The notes beneath the pieces are model-generated. The model did no database searches. It was not told the origin of the DNA and saw only the letters and a list, made by a program, of their open reading frames with translations. This document shows, one piece after another, positions 23,166-36,749 of a stretch of 64,000 bases of DNA; the first letter of the stretch is position 1; each line of letters begins with the position of its first letter. The stretch is taken from positions 62,001-126,000 of the forward strand of contig JAAILG010000095.1 of assembly GCA_012026655.1 (NCBI GenBank), read 5' to 3'. A program made the translations under genes and the position numbers. Source of the stretch: Hydrolagus affinis (taxonomy: Eukaryota).

Positions 23166-25086
23166 ATCCATTATTCATATATAGCACTTGTTAGAACTGA
23201 TGGCTGCAAAGAAAACAGGACAGCATACAACTGTGGAAACTGATGGGATATCTGGTCATTACATTGGTGAACATGCCACAGCATTTTAGATTCCCTTTGG
23301 TCAACAGAAAGTTGAAAACAATAGAAAACTGCTTTCATGTATGGAGGGGTGGGGTGGGAGAGGTTAATGTACTTTGTATAATCCCCAATCAAATCATCGC
23401 AGTCATTGATCATTACATGGAATTGCATTTTGCTTTGATCTACATGTTTGTGGGATACAAGAAAACAGATATGAACATCCCTGACCGCTTTATTGATGCA
23501 TCAGTCACCTCAGTTATCTAATTCTAAATTGATACATGTCCAGGTGGGACTGGAATTTTTCACTGGTGTAAAACCATGACCTTCATAAGCAATGTCAAAC
23601 AATGACTTCTGTCCTGGTTGATATATTCACCCAGCAGTTGTAAGTATTGAAGGCATACAGCCATGAGCTTTTCTGTAAACCTTGCACTTGCTAAAATGGT
23701 GATCCCTGTACAGCTTTTCACTGCTGGGTGTTAATGTGGATTAGAATTTAGTTCCAATGAGATAAATAGGGTTTGACATGCCAATTCACAGTTAAAATGA
23801 AACACTGTGACACTTGCATTGCATGAATGTGCCACTTTGTGATAGCATTTTAGAGCCACAAATTGATGTTTCAATGTGCTGTGCTTCTGAATGGTAAGCC
23901 ATTAATAATAGATTATACCACTACCATGTCTTCATTTCTGCCATTTCCATCCATCCATTTTCCATCACTTTCAAAACTGAAGATTTGCCTTAATTTCCAA
24001 ACGTGAAACATGGTACAATCCCAGTTTCTCAAAAATATAGACTTGTACATCCCAATGAAAGCTGGGGATTTGAGTACGCACAATCACACATTAAGAGGTT
24101 CCTCAATGTTAAAAGAAAAACCTTTATTCTAGCACGTGAAACTTGAAACTACAATTTACAAGTTCAAATGTGAGCACTTCCTAACTTAATCATTTGCGTG
24201 CCAAACTCAAAGTTTTGAACCTTGTGTTATAGAAACTCAGTTATACATTCTAATGAAACAGATGTACGAGTCATTATATTCAGTTCTGGGTTGGTGAAAT
24301 GAACATTAATTATGCATGTCAAGGTGTTGCTTCCCAATGTGTGCTATGACTATAAATGAAGTAGTACAGTTATGATGTAAATGTCCACAGATGCCTGTAA
24401 ATAATATTTCCAGCTGGTTCCAGCAGCTTGTAAGGCATTGTATGCTGTGGGCAAGATGAGCTGAAATAAGAATACCATATAAGATATTCCCTGACGTAAT
24501 TTAGCAATCCACATTGAAACTCAATCCGAGATTTTAGATGACCCAATTAATAACCCCTTATAATGTCTGTTGCTGAATGCTTAGATATGTATTCTAAATG
24601 TTCCATTCATCATCTTTCACTTGCTGAAAACCAGTAACACAAGTTCTTAGAAAGACAAGGACTTAGCATGTTAGTTTCGTTTCTTATTAAATTGCAATTG
24701 TTTTTTGCTGTGATGGTGGTATACGTGCTACGTGATGTAATATTTATCACCTGTGATAGTTATCACATAGAGTAGTTTTAACTTCTCTGATTTACATAAT
24801 TACTGAAAAAATCAAAGGTATTTGATGCCCATTATGGCAAACTAGCACCCTAATGGCAACAACTAGAGAGATCATTTAATCGCTTTGATCATTATTGCAC
24901 ACCACTGATCAAGTTTAAAAACAATATGCTGCAATAATTTAACAATTACACCCAATTATACATTAGAGTTAGTTTTTAATTTAGATTCCCTTGAGTTAAA
25001 TTCAATCAAAACAAAGCAAACCTTTCCTTAATTTTAGCAAGTACTCAGGTAGATATTCCATTAGTGCTATTGCTGGCATTAATCAG

Positions 25087-25640
25087 CAACAACAACAGCG
25101 AAATTATACTTGTATAGCGCCTTTCACGCCACAACAACAACAAAATTACACCTTTCATGTCAGGAGGATGTCCCAAGATGCTGGACAGACAATGAAAGGT
25201 TTCAGACCCAAGCTCAGGGTCAGGGAGCATGGAGGGAAAGGGGGGGGATTTAGGGTGACCAATGATAGACAACAACAACAACAATTTGCACGAATATAGC
25301 ACCCTCCATGTAGGATAGCATATCAGAGCACCTAACAGTAGCAGAGCCTGTCTCTGGGCCGGGGGGAGTGGGAAGGTGGCCATAAGCACGGTCGAAGAGG
25401 AAAGCCTTCCAGCAAGAATTGAAAGAGGGGAGAGAGGGGGCAAGGCAGAGGAATTGAAGGATGAGCAGGAGGTTGGTGTCAGTCAAGCTGATGTGCTGGG
25501 TGGTGGATTGGAGCCTGAGAAGGTCAGAGAGGTAGGGAGGTGCCAGGGATTGAGTAGATTTGTACATGAGTGTAAGGCTCGTGAAGTCAATCCATTCAGT
25601 GATGGGGTGCCAGTGGAACCTGGCCAGAACTGGTGAGATG
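25087..25640 (-). mobile_element. Stack of three L2 3' ends
   Basis: Three (CAA)n-led tails at about 25087, 25131 and 25269. The antisense at 25500-25640 encodes ISPVLARFHWHPITEWIDF..SLAPPYLSDLL. Confidence 0.85.
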
Positions 25641-26264
25641 TGGAGATGTAGTTGTAAGGCAATAGTGAAAAAAATTAATAACAACAACAATCCTTGCATT
25701 TGATTTGGTGTCTTTCACATCAGGATTTTACTGTAAAGTATAGACACTATGTGTTTGTAGGTGAACTTTGGGACATCTATTGTTTTCTACCCTATCTTCT
25801 TTTCAGGCAATTATTTTCTCATGCAGTATATTATTTTGGTGGAAAAATATACCACAACGAAACTTCTCCCTATTGTATAGGATTTCTCCCTATACAATCA
25901 ACAATCATCAGTTTAAAACATATACATTACACAACTATTGCAGATTATGTAGGGACTTAGATTCTTTGGGAAAAAGTCTATCCCAGAAATTTGGAGGGAT
26001 ACCCGCTCCCCTAAAGAATGTCTGTCAATCATGTACCTTATGATATCTCCCTGGCTAATAGTGGTCAGTTTATACTTCCATTCCTGAACCTAAGGAAAAT
26101 GAAACTAAAAAATTGCATTTAAACAGGTGAAATTACATTTAACAAAACAGTACAGTACTGTAACTACATTTATTAAACACAATGCTTCTCTTTTGTTCCT
26201 CACCGGCATTATACGATCTTTCTATTGACTATTGTGACTGTCATTCACAGAAAATGTAGAAATG

Positions 26265-26730
26265 AGAAAGTGGGTAGGGAAGAGAAAAAAGTTTGAGTGA
26301 CTGAGAGGGAAGGCAGTGTGTGTGTGAGAGAGAGAGGGAGAGAGAGAAAGGATGAGGTGGCAGAAACAAGTGTGATTGAATGTGATATTGAGTGTGAAGT
26401 GAGAGAGATCAGTTGTCAACAGAACAAAGATACATATACACTTGCAGGGAGTGTGAATAACTTAAGTATGAAAGAGGGAAGAGTGAGAATATGAAGGAAG
26501 AGAGGCATGGGAAAGAGCAACTGAATGTGAGGAACAATTTGAAAGACTTAGTGAGAAGCAGACTCAACAAGAAATATTGACAAGAACCAGAGGCACACAT
26601 AGAATGATGGACAGGAAGACAAAGTGAGATACATAGATAGACCAAACCCACAGTGAAATGGAATAAGCACAGAGAACAGAGAAAATAAGTGAGGGATAGA
26701 AAGACAAAAACATACACAGAGACAAGACAA
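26265..26730. repeat. Purine-rich (GA/GT) low-complexity tract
   Basis: Degenerate GA-rich microsatellite-like sequence. Confidence 0.7.
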
Positions 26731-27244
26731 TAACACACCCATAAATAATATTTAGTTGTATTTGCTATGAACAGCTTTCTCCTACAAACTTTTGTTTTGA
26801 GGTAAGCTTCCCATTGTGCATCCCTGGAATGAGCCAAATTACCAATGTTTTTTTTTCTCAGATCATTGCTATCGAAGCTGTTGGTATTATTGTTGGGTAA
26901 GATTACTTAACCTCTGGTTCCATTCTCTCCATCTGTGTGGATAGGATCAAAGCTGAGGTGTACAGTGGCAAGATCAACTTGCTTATATAGCACCAACCAG
27001 CTAGTTGTCTTGCACTCATTACTTGGATGGAGGTCTCCACTTTCTGCTGGTAAAGAATTGTGTTTACGTCCTACAATATTCAAGTAATTCCAGACTCCAA
27101 AGATTTGGATCCATCTATTGTGGTTCCTGTCTATGACTTTCTTCCTTAATTACATAGCAGTGATCTTCCCCGAGTCTGTACCTCAAATGTTTAAAATGCA
27201 TAACACCAAATATTCCTATTACCCTGTAATGATGGGAGCCACCG

Positions 27245-27620
27245 ATCGAGAAATACAGGGAAGACTATTTTCACTGGTAAGGGGATCAAGAACTAGAGGG
27301 CATAGTTACAAAATCAAAACTACGATGTCCAGAATTGAAATGAGGAGGATTTTTCTTACTGAGAGTGGTGCAATTATAATAATGACACATTAATTGATGC
27401 AGTGCATTATCAGGTCATTGGGACATCTCAAAGTGCTTCACAGAATATACTGTAAAGTGAATTTATCATAGAATTCTCTGCCACAGTCAGTTGTTGGGGC
27501 ATCAATCATGTGCACATTCAAAAAAGGACTGGACATGTTGTTGAGGAGGAATGAAGTTGAGGGATATGGGGAAAAAACAGAATAAAACTGCAGATCAACC
27601 TCATTGCCTTCCAAGGCGAT
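27245..27620 (+). mobile_element. CR1 3' fragments interrupted by a SINE tail (about 27420-27462)
   Basis: RLFSLVRGSRTRGHSYKI..RRIF, then TFKKGLDMLLRRNEVEGYG. Confidence 0.75.
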
Positions 27621-27639
27621 GTCTCTGGGCCTGGGAAGC

Positions 27640-27950
27640 TCCCTTCTGTCACGGCAACTATAACTGTATGGAGTACTGTAGGTGTGGTCTGACCAGAGCT
27701 TGTGCATGATATCTGTCAATCTGAGCTCAACTGATTTGCAAAAGAACACAACATCCTTTTTGCCTTGTTTATTAATGTTTCAATACTGATTAAACCTAGT
27801 GAGTGATGAGTCAACTAACACCTCTTTCAGTTTCCACTTAACAAATTCTATCCCAACCAGGAAGTACATATGCTTCCTATTTTTTATTTCCTACATGTAT
27901 TAAACTTAATTTGACAGTTTTCAACCCATATGCATACCTTATCCCACTCT
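27640..27950 (-). mobile_element. Decayed CR1 ORF2 fragment
   Basis: ACTGTATGGAGTACTGTAGGTGTGGTCTGACC is the antisense of 'VRPHLQY'; GAGTCAACTAACACC also matches CR1. Confidence 0.6.
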
Positions 27951-29099
27951 CTTTGTGTAAAAAAAATGAACACAATAATGTCTTTCTTCCAACAGTGATC
28001 CTGCCAAAGTCCTCCACATTTCACTCCCAACAACATTATGCAATAGAGTCTCTATTGTAAGTATGCAAAGAAATCCACTCTATGCAGTATAGATATCCAC
28101 AAACCATCTCCTCTCACAGATTGGATTTTTGTACACACTAATCAATTCTGTGAATCCAGGTAAAATTATTTAACAATTACATCCGATTACGCATTGCAGT
28201 CAGATACATAGGTGATGCAACACAGCTTGTATTTTACAGTTGTGGGGATTCAGGATTCAACTGGCCAGTTATTAGACTGTATGATTAAGTGAGGTTGTTT
28301 CTTCATGAGATACCGTGAGGAGACTCGGCTGATTAAAAAATATACAACACAGTGCAGTACGGGAGAGGAGCTGATTGTTTGTGAGAGGGATGGAGTTCAA
28401 GATAGAGTCAGCTACAGATTAGAGAAACAGTGATCATAATACCCAGGAGGATAGTCATATAGTAACCCTAACATTGGTAACGACAGACAGTGATGGCCAT
28501 AACAATGACAGCTATTGAGTGACCCCTTCCCACTGACAGGCATTGCAGTGAAATACTAAACCGGTAACAGACCCTTCAAGATCCCCAAAATTCAGAATTC
28601 ATGAATAAAGCTCCTTCCATTTCCTGCACAAATCCCATAATTGTGGAATTTTAATATGAGAGCAATTAGTGAAAGGATGGCGATGTGGATGAAAATATTA
28701 CACTCTGGACCAAATACTCACAGCTGTTCATCTGTAGTTATATTTATACCACTCATTTCACAGCAAGAAGGAGAAATACTGTAAATACTATTAAAATTAG
28801 ATGTGGTAGATGCAGATAAAGTGGATTAAATTTATCGCTGAGAACATTGAAAAAGCACAGACCAGACAAAGCCTTTTAGTTCATTCCTTCTCACAAATTA
28901 TGTACAAGTTGCATTACCTAAGGTTCTCTCTATCGTCACTTAATGTCCAGAGGGAGACAAATAATCACATAGATAATCTCTACAAAGAAAAGAAAATCAG
29001 TGAAAATCCTCAATTTTCTCAAAAACAATCAAACAAGAACTGTAGGGCATCAGACTTAAATTAATAGGGTCTACTCAATGATCTAGAATTGGACCCCAA

Positions 29100-29500
29100 G
29101 CTGCAAAGAGCAATTTTTCTAGCAACAGAAGGTTCAATGAGTTTCTCCCAGAGTCCTGACCAACAATCCCAATCCCACCAATAACATTGGTCATTTGTTT
29201 CATGTGTGTTTGTTGGACATACTTTATGCAAATTGGCTGCTTTATTTGCCTTCACAATAGTGTACACTTTACAGTAATTCCTGTGAACTGCTTTGAAGCA
29301 TCCACCCAAATGTGGTGCAAGATTATCATAAAGGCACACTGACCCTTGGGGACTCTGCTCCAAAAGGATATGCATCAGAACATTTCTGATAGTCATTGGA
29401 AGGTTGCTATAATAATAATAATATAATAATCTAATAATAATCCTTACATTTATATAGCGCTTTCCATATGTTATCGACATCTCAAAGCGCTTCACAGAGT
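29100..29500 (-). mobile_element. DeuSINE remnants
   Basis: A decayed Deu core at 29185-29305 (+ strand TGCAAATTGGCTGC) and a minus-strand tail ATAATAATCCTTACATTTATATAGCGC at 29432-29500. Confidence 0.55.
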
Positions 29501-29589
29501 ACAATAATGTCCCAAGATTGGGACCAGAGTAGTGGGGGGAGGGAGAAGACAAGAGGGAAGAATTTGCATCATTGAAAGGTTTTTGTTTT

Positions 29590-29900
29590 GCTTTTTTTTA
29601 AAAAAAATTCTCGAGATGAGGGCAATATGACCATTTATTACCCATTCCTGGCTTGATAGGCTGTTTCTGAAACTGTTATGAGTGAATCATACATATAGTA
29701 TGGGACTGGAGTCAAATGTTGATCAGACTGGGATGAAAAGAAGGATGGCAGATTTCTTTAACTGAGAGGACCCTTAACAGCTTTCAAAACAATCTTTCAA
29801 AAGCTTTATGGCAAGTTTTCTTCATTACCAATACAAATTACCTAATTTGTGGAATTTAAATTACATACTGTCATGATGCAGGATTTAAACACACACATTA
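29590..29900. mobile_element. Decayed chondrichthyan retroposon fragment (family uncertain)
   Basis: CATTTATTACCCATTCCT..GGGACTGGAGTCAAATGT..AAGGATGGCAGATTTC resembles a common shark repeat as I recall it. Confidence 0.4.
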
Positions 29901-30654
29901 TTCTTAGCAACTCCTGTTATGAATTGCTGTAATTTTGATTCCAGCTTTACATTTGTTGCTTTGTTGCTTTGCACTGATCGCATTTCTACAATCCCAACAG
30001 AACTGGAGAGGCAATATTTTGTAGTCTTTATCTATATTTTATTTGCTACTGTAAGTTTTTGTTTTGCTCTTTTTAAAAAAAAAACTTATTTGGGGATGAG
30101 GGCAACTGTAAGTGTTGATTGTTGTTGTAAACAAATATCCATCTAGCTTTTTTGCTTGTATTATACTTGTATAGCGTCTCGCATGACACAACAACAACAA
30201 CACAATTACATTTATAGAGAACCTTTCACGTCGGGAGGATGTCCCAAGGTGCTTTTTAAAATAATTTAGCATCGGAACATTTGATGAGTGCCTACCATAC
30301 AAAGCTACTGATCTGATAGAAACATTTCTAATCCTCAGCCTCCCTCATGGCTTGTTAATTAGGTACTGTATTCCTATTCTATAGTACTGTGGCTACAACA
30401 TAAGTAGCATTATTATACACACATTATGCATGCCTATCAGTGAGTCTGAGGTTATAGCTATTATGCCTCCAAATTCCTAAAGGGTTCTTCCCCTTGCAAC
30501 TTGTGGCCAATGTACAATCCTTTAAAGTCCCTGTGGTGCTGCACAATGTGCCCGAGAAAAACCCTTTCATTTTTCATGTTTTATATGTGTCATCCGGTAT
30601 CATGTTTTGGGATCACCATATGATAGCAATAGTTTTTGTCTGTGATATTTGTCA

Positions 30655-31065
30655 GCCTGGGTGTTGGTTCAGTTGGTTGCACTCTCAAGAGACCTGGGTT
30701 CAATGCTCGGCAGGGCAAAACCTTGGGCACGTTTTCTTACTCCACTCATTATAATTCCTCAAGAAAAGAACCCAATAATCAATTGGTCAGTTCAATTCAC
30801 GACTGTTTGTGGGATATTGCTGTGTGCAATTGACTGCCACGTTTCACCCACAAATATACAGTCAATTCACTTAACTGTGTATTCTCCCTTTCCCTCCAGC
30901 CTCCCTGTCTTCGGGCTGAAACAAATGACTGTCCAGCAGCTTGGGATGTCCTCCTGGTGCTATACAAGTGTAATTTTGTTGTTGTTGTTGTTGTATTCTG
31001 TGAAGCACTTTAAGATGCCTAGAAGACATGAAAAGTGTTATATCAAACGCAAGGATTACTTTTAT
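30655..31065 (+). mobile_element. Full-length SINE family A carrying an L2-tail insertion
   Basis: Head GGTTCAGTTGGTTGC..GAGACCTGGGTTCAAT, core and tail are present. It is interrupted at 30886-30991. Confidence 0.85.
30886..30991 (+). mobile_element. Short L2 3' tail insertion with TSD
   Basis: Ends in GTAATTTT(GTT)n and is flanked by TGTATTCT at 30878-30885 and 30992-30999. Confidence 0.8.
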
Positions 31066-31267
31066 TATAGTCCACATAATATGGAATTTAATAATTTTCC
31101 AACGGAATCTGTTCCTGTTTTTTGTAGATGCAAAACATATTACAGGGAACTTATCTCTATCTCAGCTCCCGTACCCCTTGCTGTAACATTTGTATTAGAT
31201 CACTCCTTCCTAGTTGAATCCTGGTGGGCTTGTTTGGAATGGAGTATCTATTAAAAAAAAATTGTAA

Positions 31268-31650
31268 TCTTTGCACTTGATATCGTGCCTTCCATGCCAG
31301 GAGGATGCCTCAAAGTGCCTTTGAGATTCTCCATCAAAGTATGCACTGTAAAGTACTGTATAGCAATTGTACATTTAGCATGTGAAAATGGCAACCGATT
31401 TGCATGCAGCAAATGTCCCACAAATGGCCATGAAGTGAATGACCAATATTATGTGGGGAAATGTTTGGTCAGGATACTAGGAGAAACTTTCTCTTTTCTA
31501 TGCCATGGAACTTTTGCCGTTCACCTGAAGAGACAGACAGTTTTTTGTCTCATCTGATGGACAGCACCTCCTACATCAATCCAGCATGCTTCCAGTATGT
31601 ATTAGAGTGTCAGCCTAGATTATATGAATTCAAAGCCCAATGTGAACTGC
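31268..31650 (-). mobile_element. SacSINE1-like DeuSINE (family B)
   Basis: Colinear with 5715-6100 (TGCCATGGAA..CACCTGAAGAGACAGA..GGACAGCACCTC..GAGTGTCAGCCTAGATTAT). Confidence 0.75.
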
Positions 31651-34109
31651 ATTCGCTTTTGGATGCCACAATTTCTGTAAGGGTAGCATTTCTTCTCACC
31701 ATCACAAGCCCACTTTATACAGTATGGAATGCAATTCATTTAACAATAGGGGTACCTCAAGCTTCCCTTATTCAATGCATATATAGGTGCTATGACTAGA
31801 CCTATGTGTTTCATCAGCTTGATAGAGTATTTCAGTCGAACTATCAACTATCCTGTATTGTTTCTGGCGATCCAGTATTTAACTTTCAATATTTACCCAC
31901 TTCCTCATGGTGTTACATTTAGAGAGGAAAATAGATCATTCTATGGATCTCTGGAGAATGGCAAAGTTCCCCAGATTTATCTTTAGGTTTCCCCATCCAC
32001 ATTATGTTGTTTCTTCTACAATCTGATGGAAAACTGTTTTTCCTGTGCGTTCTCTCCTTTACCTCTAAATTTTCAATTAACATAACAAAATTAATCACGC
32101 AGCACAGCACTTCTCCAGCTTGTACTGCACTGCTCCTTAAAGCTGTTGGTTTGCAGACATGTCCACCGTGGATTAATGTGGGCCTGTGCAGTTTGGGCAG
32201 GTGGAGTTACTCAGTGCTAAATCAGTCCCATTGAAAGCACACTTCCATGCTCTCCCACATGGATAGATTTTAGACATGATATACATTTTGTCAGCTACAA
32301 AAGGATCCATAGGGATTCACCCAGAACCTTATGGTCCCTTGTACAATTCTCAATCCATCTGTGCTACTTGGGGTGCCCAATAATTCTAAATACAGTAATA
32401 AGGAAATTAATGCAACTTATCAACATTATCACACCAAACTTATTTAGAGTGTCTTCTCATTGTTTTTTTTACATGATTTAAAATACAAAAAAAACTCCAC
32501 TTTCCAAAAAAACCCACCTCCTGTCCTCTTCATTTTCTTTTCAAATATGTGTGGTACCTTCACAATAGGTAATTTTGACATACACATTGCACATACACAT
32601 TTGCTAAAAAGTACTTGCTGGATAATTAATTTCTTTAAACTATGTGTTGGGGTGACTACCTTATCCTTGTGACAACCCTTGCTAAGTAAATCTATAAAGA
32701 AACCATATACTGTATCATCTAATCATACATTTACCAGATTTGCTGTACCTTGGTTGTTGTAATCAGAGAGCCCTGGACAATGAATTTTTATTGTTTCATT
32801 GCTTATAATATTTCTCGAGGATACTTCCCAGTTAGGTGTCTGGTTGTTACTTCTACTTATTTGTTTGGATTACTTAGTTTATTTGAGAACCCTGTTCTGA
32901 GTACATACTGCTTTAGCAGTCAGGCATCAGCTTGTAAACAGGGGATTTGGTATGATGCTCAAGAGGATATATCACTTATCATAATAAACCGAGATTGGGT
33001 CAACCACTCACATACAGCACCAACTCTTTCAAGATCTCTTCCTGTCAGTAAATTGATGGTTGGCAAAGTGGCTACTTACCAACAACAACAACAAATTCCA
33101 TTTATAGAACTCCTTTCATGTTATGCAGGATGTCCCAACCAATCATGTTATATATCAGGAAAGGTCGAATTCTATCATGTGACCTCTTCCAACCAGAACA
33201 GAGGATGTTCACCCTCCTTTAGACAGCTGAAATTACTGTGGAAAGCCTAAAGAATGGAGCCTAACTACTTATAAGCTACCAAAGGGTATGTATTCTACTG
33301 ACTATCATATAACCCCAAATCTTAGAAATCCTTGATATTGGATTCTGCACGTATGTTGGTGTCTCACTTGACTCATTCTTTTTAAAATATTACTTTAAGG
33401 CAGCGTGGAAATAACTATTTTGAGTGGATCTCCATGTACTGCCACATTTCACTTCAATAACGTTGTGAACTTGAAATGCAATGGACAGCACTCCTCATTC
33501 ACTAGATATAAGTTGGCTTATTACATTTTATATCAAATCTGAGTATTATTATTACAAAACAATTCAAGTGATAGGCAGCCCTTTATCATTGCAGCAAACC
33601 AATATACTGTTGCACAGACTAAATGTGAGTCCCAAGATTGATACATGAACTTCTAACATTTAGGATTATTTACTAATGAAGTATCTTCTACTGTGAGAAG
33701 TTCACTGTCATGTGAAAATATTTTTAGCATCACGCTGGCTTTTCACTCATTTGGTGGATTTATGCCTAGAAATTATCAGAAGATTATTTTTCCCCATTGC
33801 TTTGATTCGTCATCTTGTGGGTTACAATCTGATGAAATCAAGAGAAACATCTGAAAGAACAAAGGAGAAATTGCTAATCTTAAAATCAAAACCAAAGTTG
33901 CTCATTGGGCTTTTTTTTATCAAGCACATTACAAGGCGAGATGCTGAACCATTGACTGTTGCCTTCAAATATATAATCTTGCATCTGGGGGTGGTTCACT
34001 TAGGAGGAAACTGTGCAAATGTACTTATCCAGTTTACTACTTGCTTTGTTCGACAGAATAAGCCTCAGCAGAAGGGAGACCTCGTGATTTCCAACGAAAA
34101 AAGTCAAAA

Positions 34110-34285
34110 TTCTGGGGCTGTAAAGTGCAATGACTGTGTAGTTTATATGCAAACAGAACAGCCAATTTGCTCACAGCAATGTCCCATAAGCAGCTGTGAA
34201 GGGAATAATCAATTTTACTTGGGGTATCCTTGGCCAGGACAAAAATGGTACCAGCAATTGAGTTGCATCCATTCTCTGGCATATT
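34110..34285 (-). mobile_element. DeuSINE core fragment
   Basis: ACAGCCAATTTGCTCACAGCAATGTCCCATAAGCAGC. Confidence 0.65.
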
Positions 34286-35078
34286 ATTAGTGAACGAAAA
34301 CATTACATTTTAACAGCATACATAATAACATAGAGCATTGATACACAGATCCACCTATCTATGGAATATATTTAATTAAATCAATGTTGCCAATGTAATT
34401 TAAATAGGTTTAGTTGTATTTGTTGGACACAAGCAAAAATATCCCTCCTTGGCTAGTCAGCTGTAGACAGCAATTAAGGAGATTACCATTGCTCAAATGT
34501 CTTCCTTTCCCAGTTAAAGAAACAAGTATTTTTTCCTGAAAGGAGGAGAAAAGAAATGACAGAATAAAATAGATCTGAAATAAATCTTTTGCGAGTTAAG
34601 ACTGCTGAACAAATTATTTATGACTGATTGAAGATGATTTTAAACAATAAAGATTATCATACCGTTCTAATTGGAAAATGGATAAATCTGATGTTGTTTG
34701 ACCATCATAAAACTCTCATAACAGCAGAACATTACACAACAACTAAGACAATGTTACACAAGCTTGATGGTATTTATAATGAAAATTTCAGAACAGAATG
34801 AGCCATTTGGCCTGTTGTGCCTTTGTCATGCCTGTTTTAAGTCTCACCCAGAGAAATTGAGGTTTCATTGACAGCTGCCCTGAGCAAAAATTGAATTAGA
34901 TTCCTTTGATCTGCAAGAAATTTGGTATCGATTGAGCCAAAAGCAAAACAAACTCTACATTGGCACCCAAATCCTTGCCTTATTAATTTATTCCTGCAGC
35001 AAGTGTCATTCTTGTGAAGTTGTATTTGAGATATATTTCAGATAAAAGGATAAATGTCGGGGCAGATAAAATGATTTG

Positions 35079-35745
35079 AAGATATGGATAATTGAACCTT
35101 TTGGCTATAATTGGATCTTAATGGAGATACAATGAACCATTAAGTGGAAACCGATTTGTATCTTCAGATTGTATTACTGTTAGAAGAATACGGTGTAAAT
35201 GTGCCACAATTAACAGATAACAATAGAAGTCTCTGAAAAAGGCTGGAAAACACATGATTATTAGTGAGATAATGCAGAATGGATACGCAAAATGATGGTG
35301 ATTAAGCACACACTGTGAGCAATATCTGTGTATGAGTATTTTTTTCTTGTACTCTGGAGATTGCTTCCATATCAAAGGTTTAAGATAAATTCAAGGTGAC
35401 CTATGTTCAAAGTTACTGCTATATTGAAATTTTGAGTAATTTATTTCAATATCTGGCTCCCATGTTCTGCTTTTGATGTATTTTTTAAGATCAGAGAAAA
35501 TGACAAATTGAAGAAAACTATGAATTAATAGGAAAAATAAATATCCTATGAAATGATGATTTATTAGATCAAGTTATTTTCTACTTGTGTTATAATGTTT
35601 ATAGAATTCGAATCAGAACCTGTATGTATCACTTTTATATTAATACTGTATTATAATAATCCTTCATTACATTTCACATTGGTAGGATTTCTCAAAATGC
35701 TTCACAAGATATGGATAATTAAACCTTTTGGCTATAATTGGATCT
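35079..35745. repeat. 40-bp direct repeat pair 627 bp apart
   Basis: AAGATATGGATAATTRAACCTTTTGGCTATAATTGGATCT at 35079-35118 and 35706-35745, with one mismatch. Confidence 0.9.
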
Positions 35746-36749
35746 AGATTTAGGGGTGTCTATATCTTCTCATTCAAAGTGCAGCCAATGAAGTCTGGAC
35801 ACTATGTATTTTCTTGTCTATCCTGTTCAAAATTTGCCTTGGAGCTAAGAATATATAATGGAGATAAATTGTGTCTAAATGATTAGGGTATCCAGCCTAA
35901 AGTTCAGAAATCTTCTTAACAGTCAGTGACTTCATGTGAATTGACAAATATGGCCACAGTCTGGGCCTGTTAAAGACCTTATCATGATGGCGACATTTTT
36001 AATGGGAATGATGCAAACCCAGTTACTCATCTTTTTAATGGTTTTCCGAAGGTCAAGTACACTTTCTATGACAGGAATACATAATACTTCTCATTATTGG
36101 ATTAACGTTTTGAATGAGGTGAGAGATGTGGAGGACAATATCATTAATATATTTTAACAAGAAGATAAATAAACTAGTCTATTAGTCAGCTCAGCAGTGC
36201 CTGAACACAGATGGAGCAGAAACTAAATTCTATAACAAACAGTGATTTAGTCACTTTTATTTCAAATAAATAAAAGCGGAATGTGCTGGAGAAGAAACAT
36301 AAATAGGTGATTGAAACTAGCAGATTTGGGGTGCAATTGAGCAATCATTTTCTAGAGAAATCATTTATGGGACTATTCCGTGCATGGGTTTGTTTTCTAT
36401 TTCACACACAAATTCTAAATTTGAATTTAACAAATTAACATATTAGTGAGGCATAGTAGGCAAGATGAAAGGGGAAAATAAAAGATGAAACGTACAATGG
36501 AAATAGAGAAATGAGCTTTGCAGCAGCTTTTGCCTGTGAAGAAATGTCATTATTGTGCATTAAATTTCTGATGCACTTTTGAAGATCTCTCTCTCTCACT
36601 GCTACTTCTCTAGTGCATTTGTGCTTCCTACAGCAATCTCAGCTTCATCTGATCTACACAGCTTCAAAGTCTCGAAAGCTTTCTGCTTTCCCCTAGTATT
36701 TTGATCACACAAGCTGCTTGAAGGTGTTGCTTTGCAACTGACTGCAACT

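Noticed and set aside
26151-26165. miR-101-like 11-mer TACAGTACTGT; also a miR-9-like stretch at about 56861 and a miR-26-like stretch at about 27079
   Set aside because: Only partial matches, with no precursor hairpin.
28240-28440. Possible CR1 endonuclease remnant (ending in an 'NSDHN'-like motif)
   Set aside because: Too decayed to call without an alignment.
30649-31254. 201-aa ORF
   Set aside because: It runs through a SINE and an L2 tail and has no protein signature.
33712-34290. 192-aa ORF
   Set aside because: Non-ATG start, the 3' part is an antisense DeuSINE, and no domain is recognisable.
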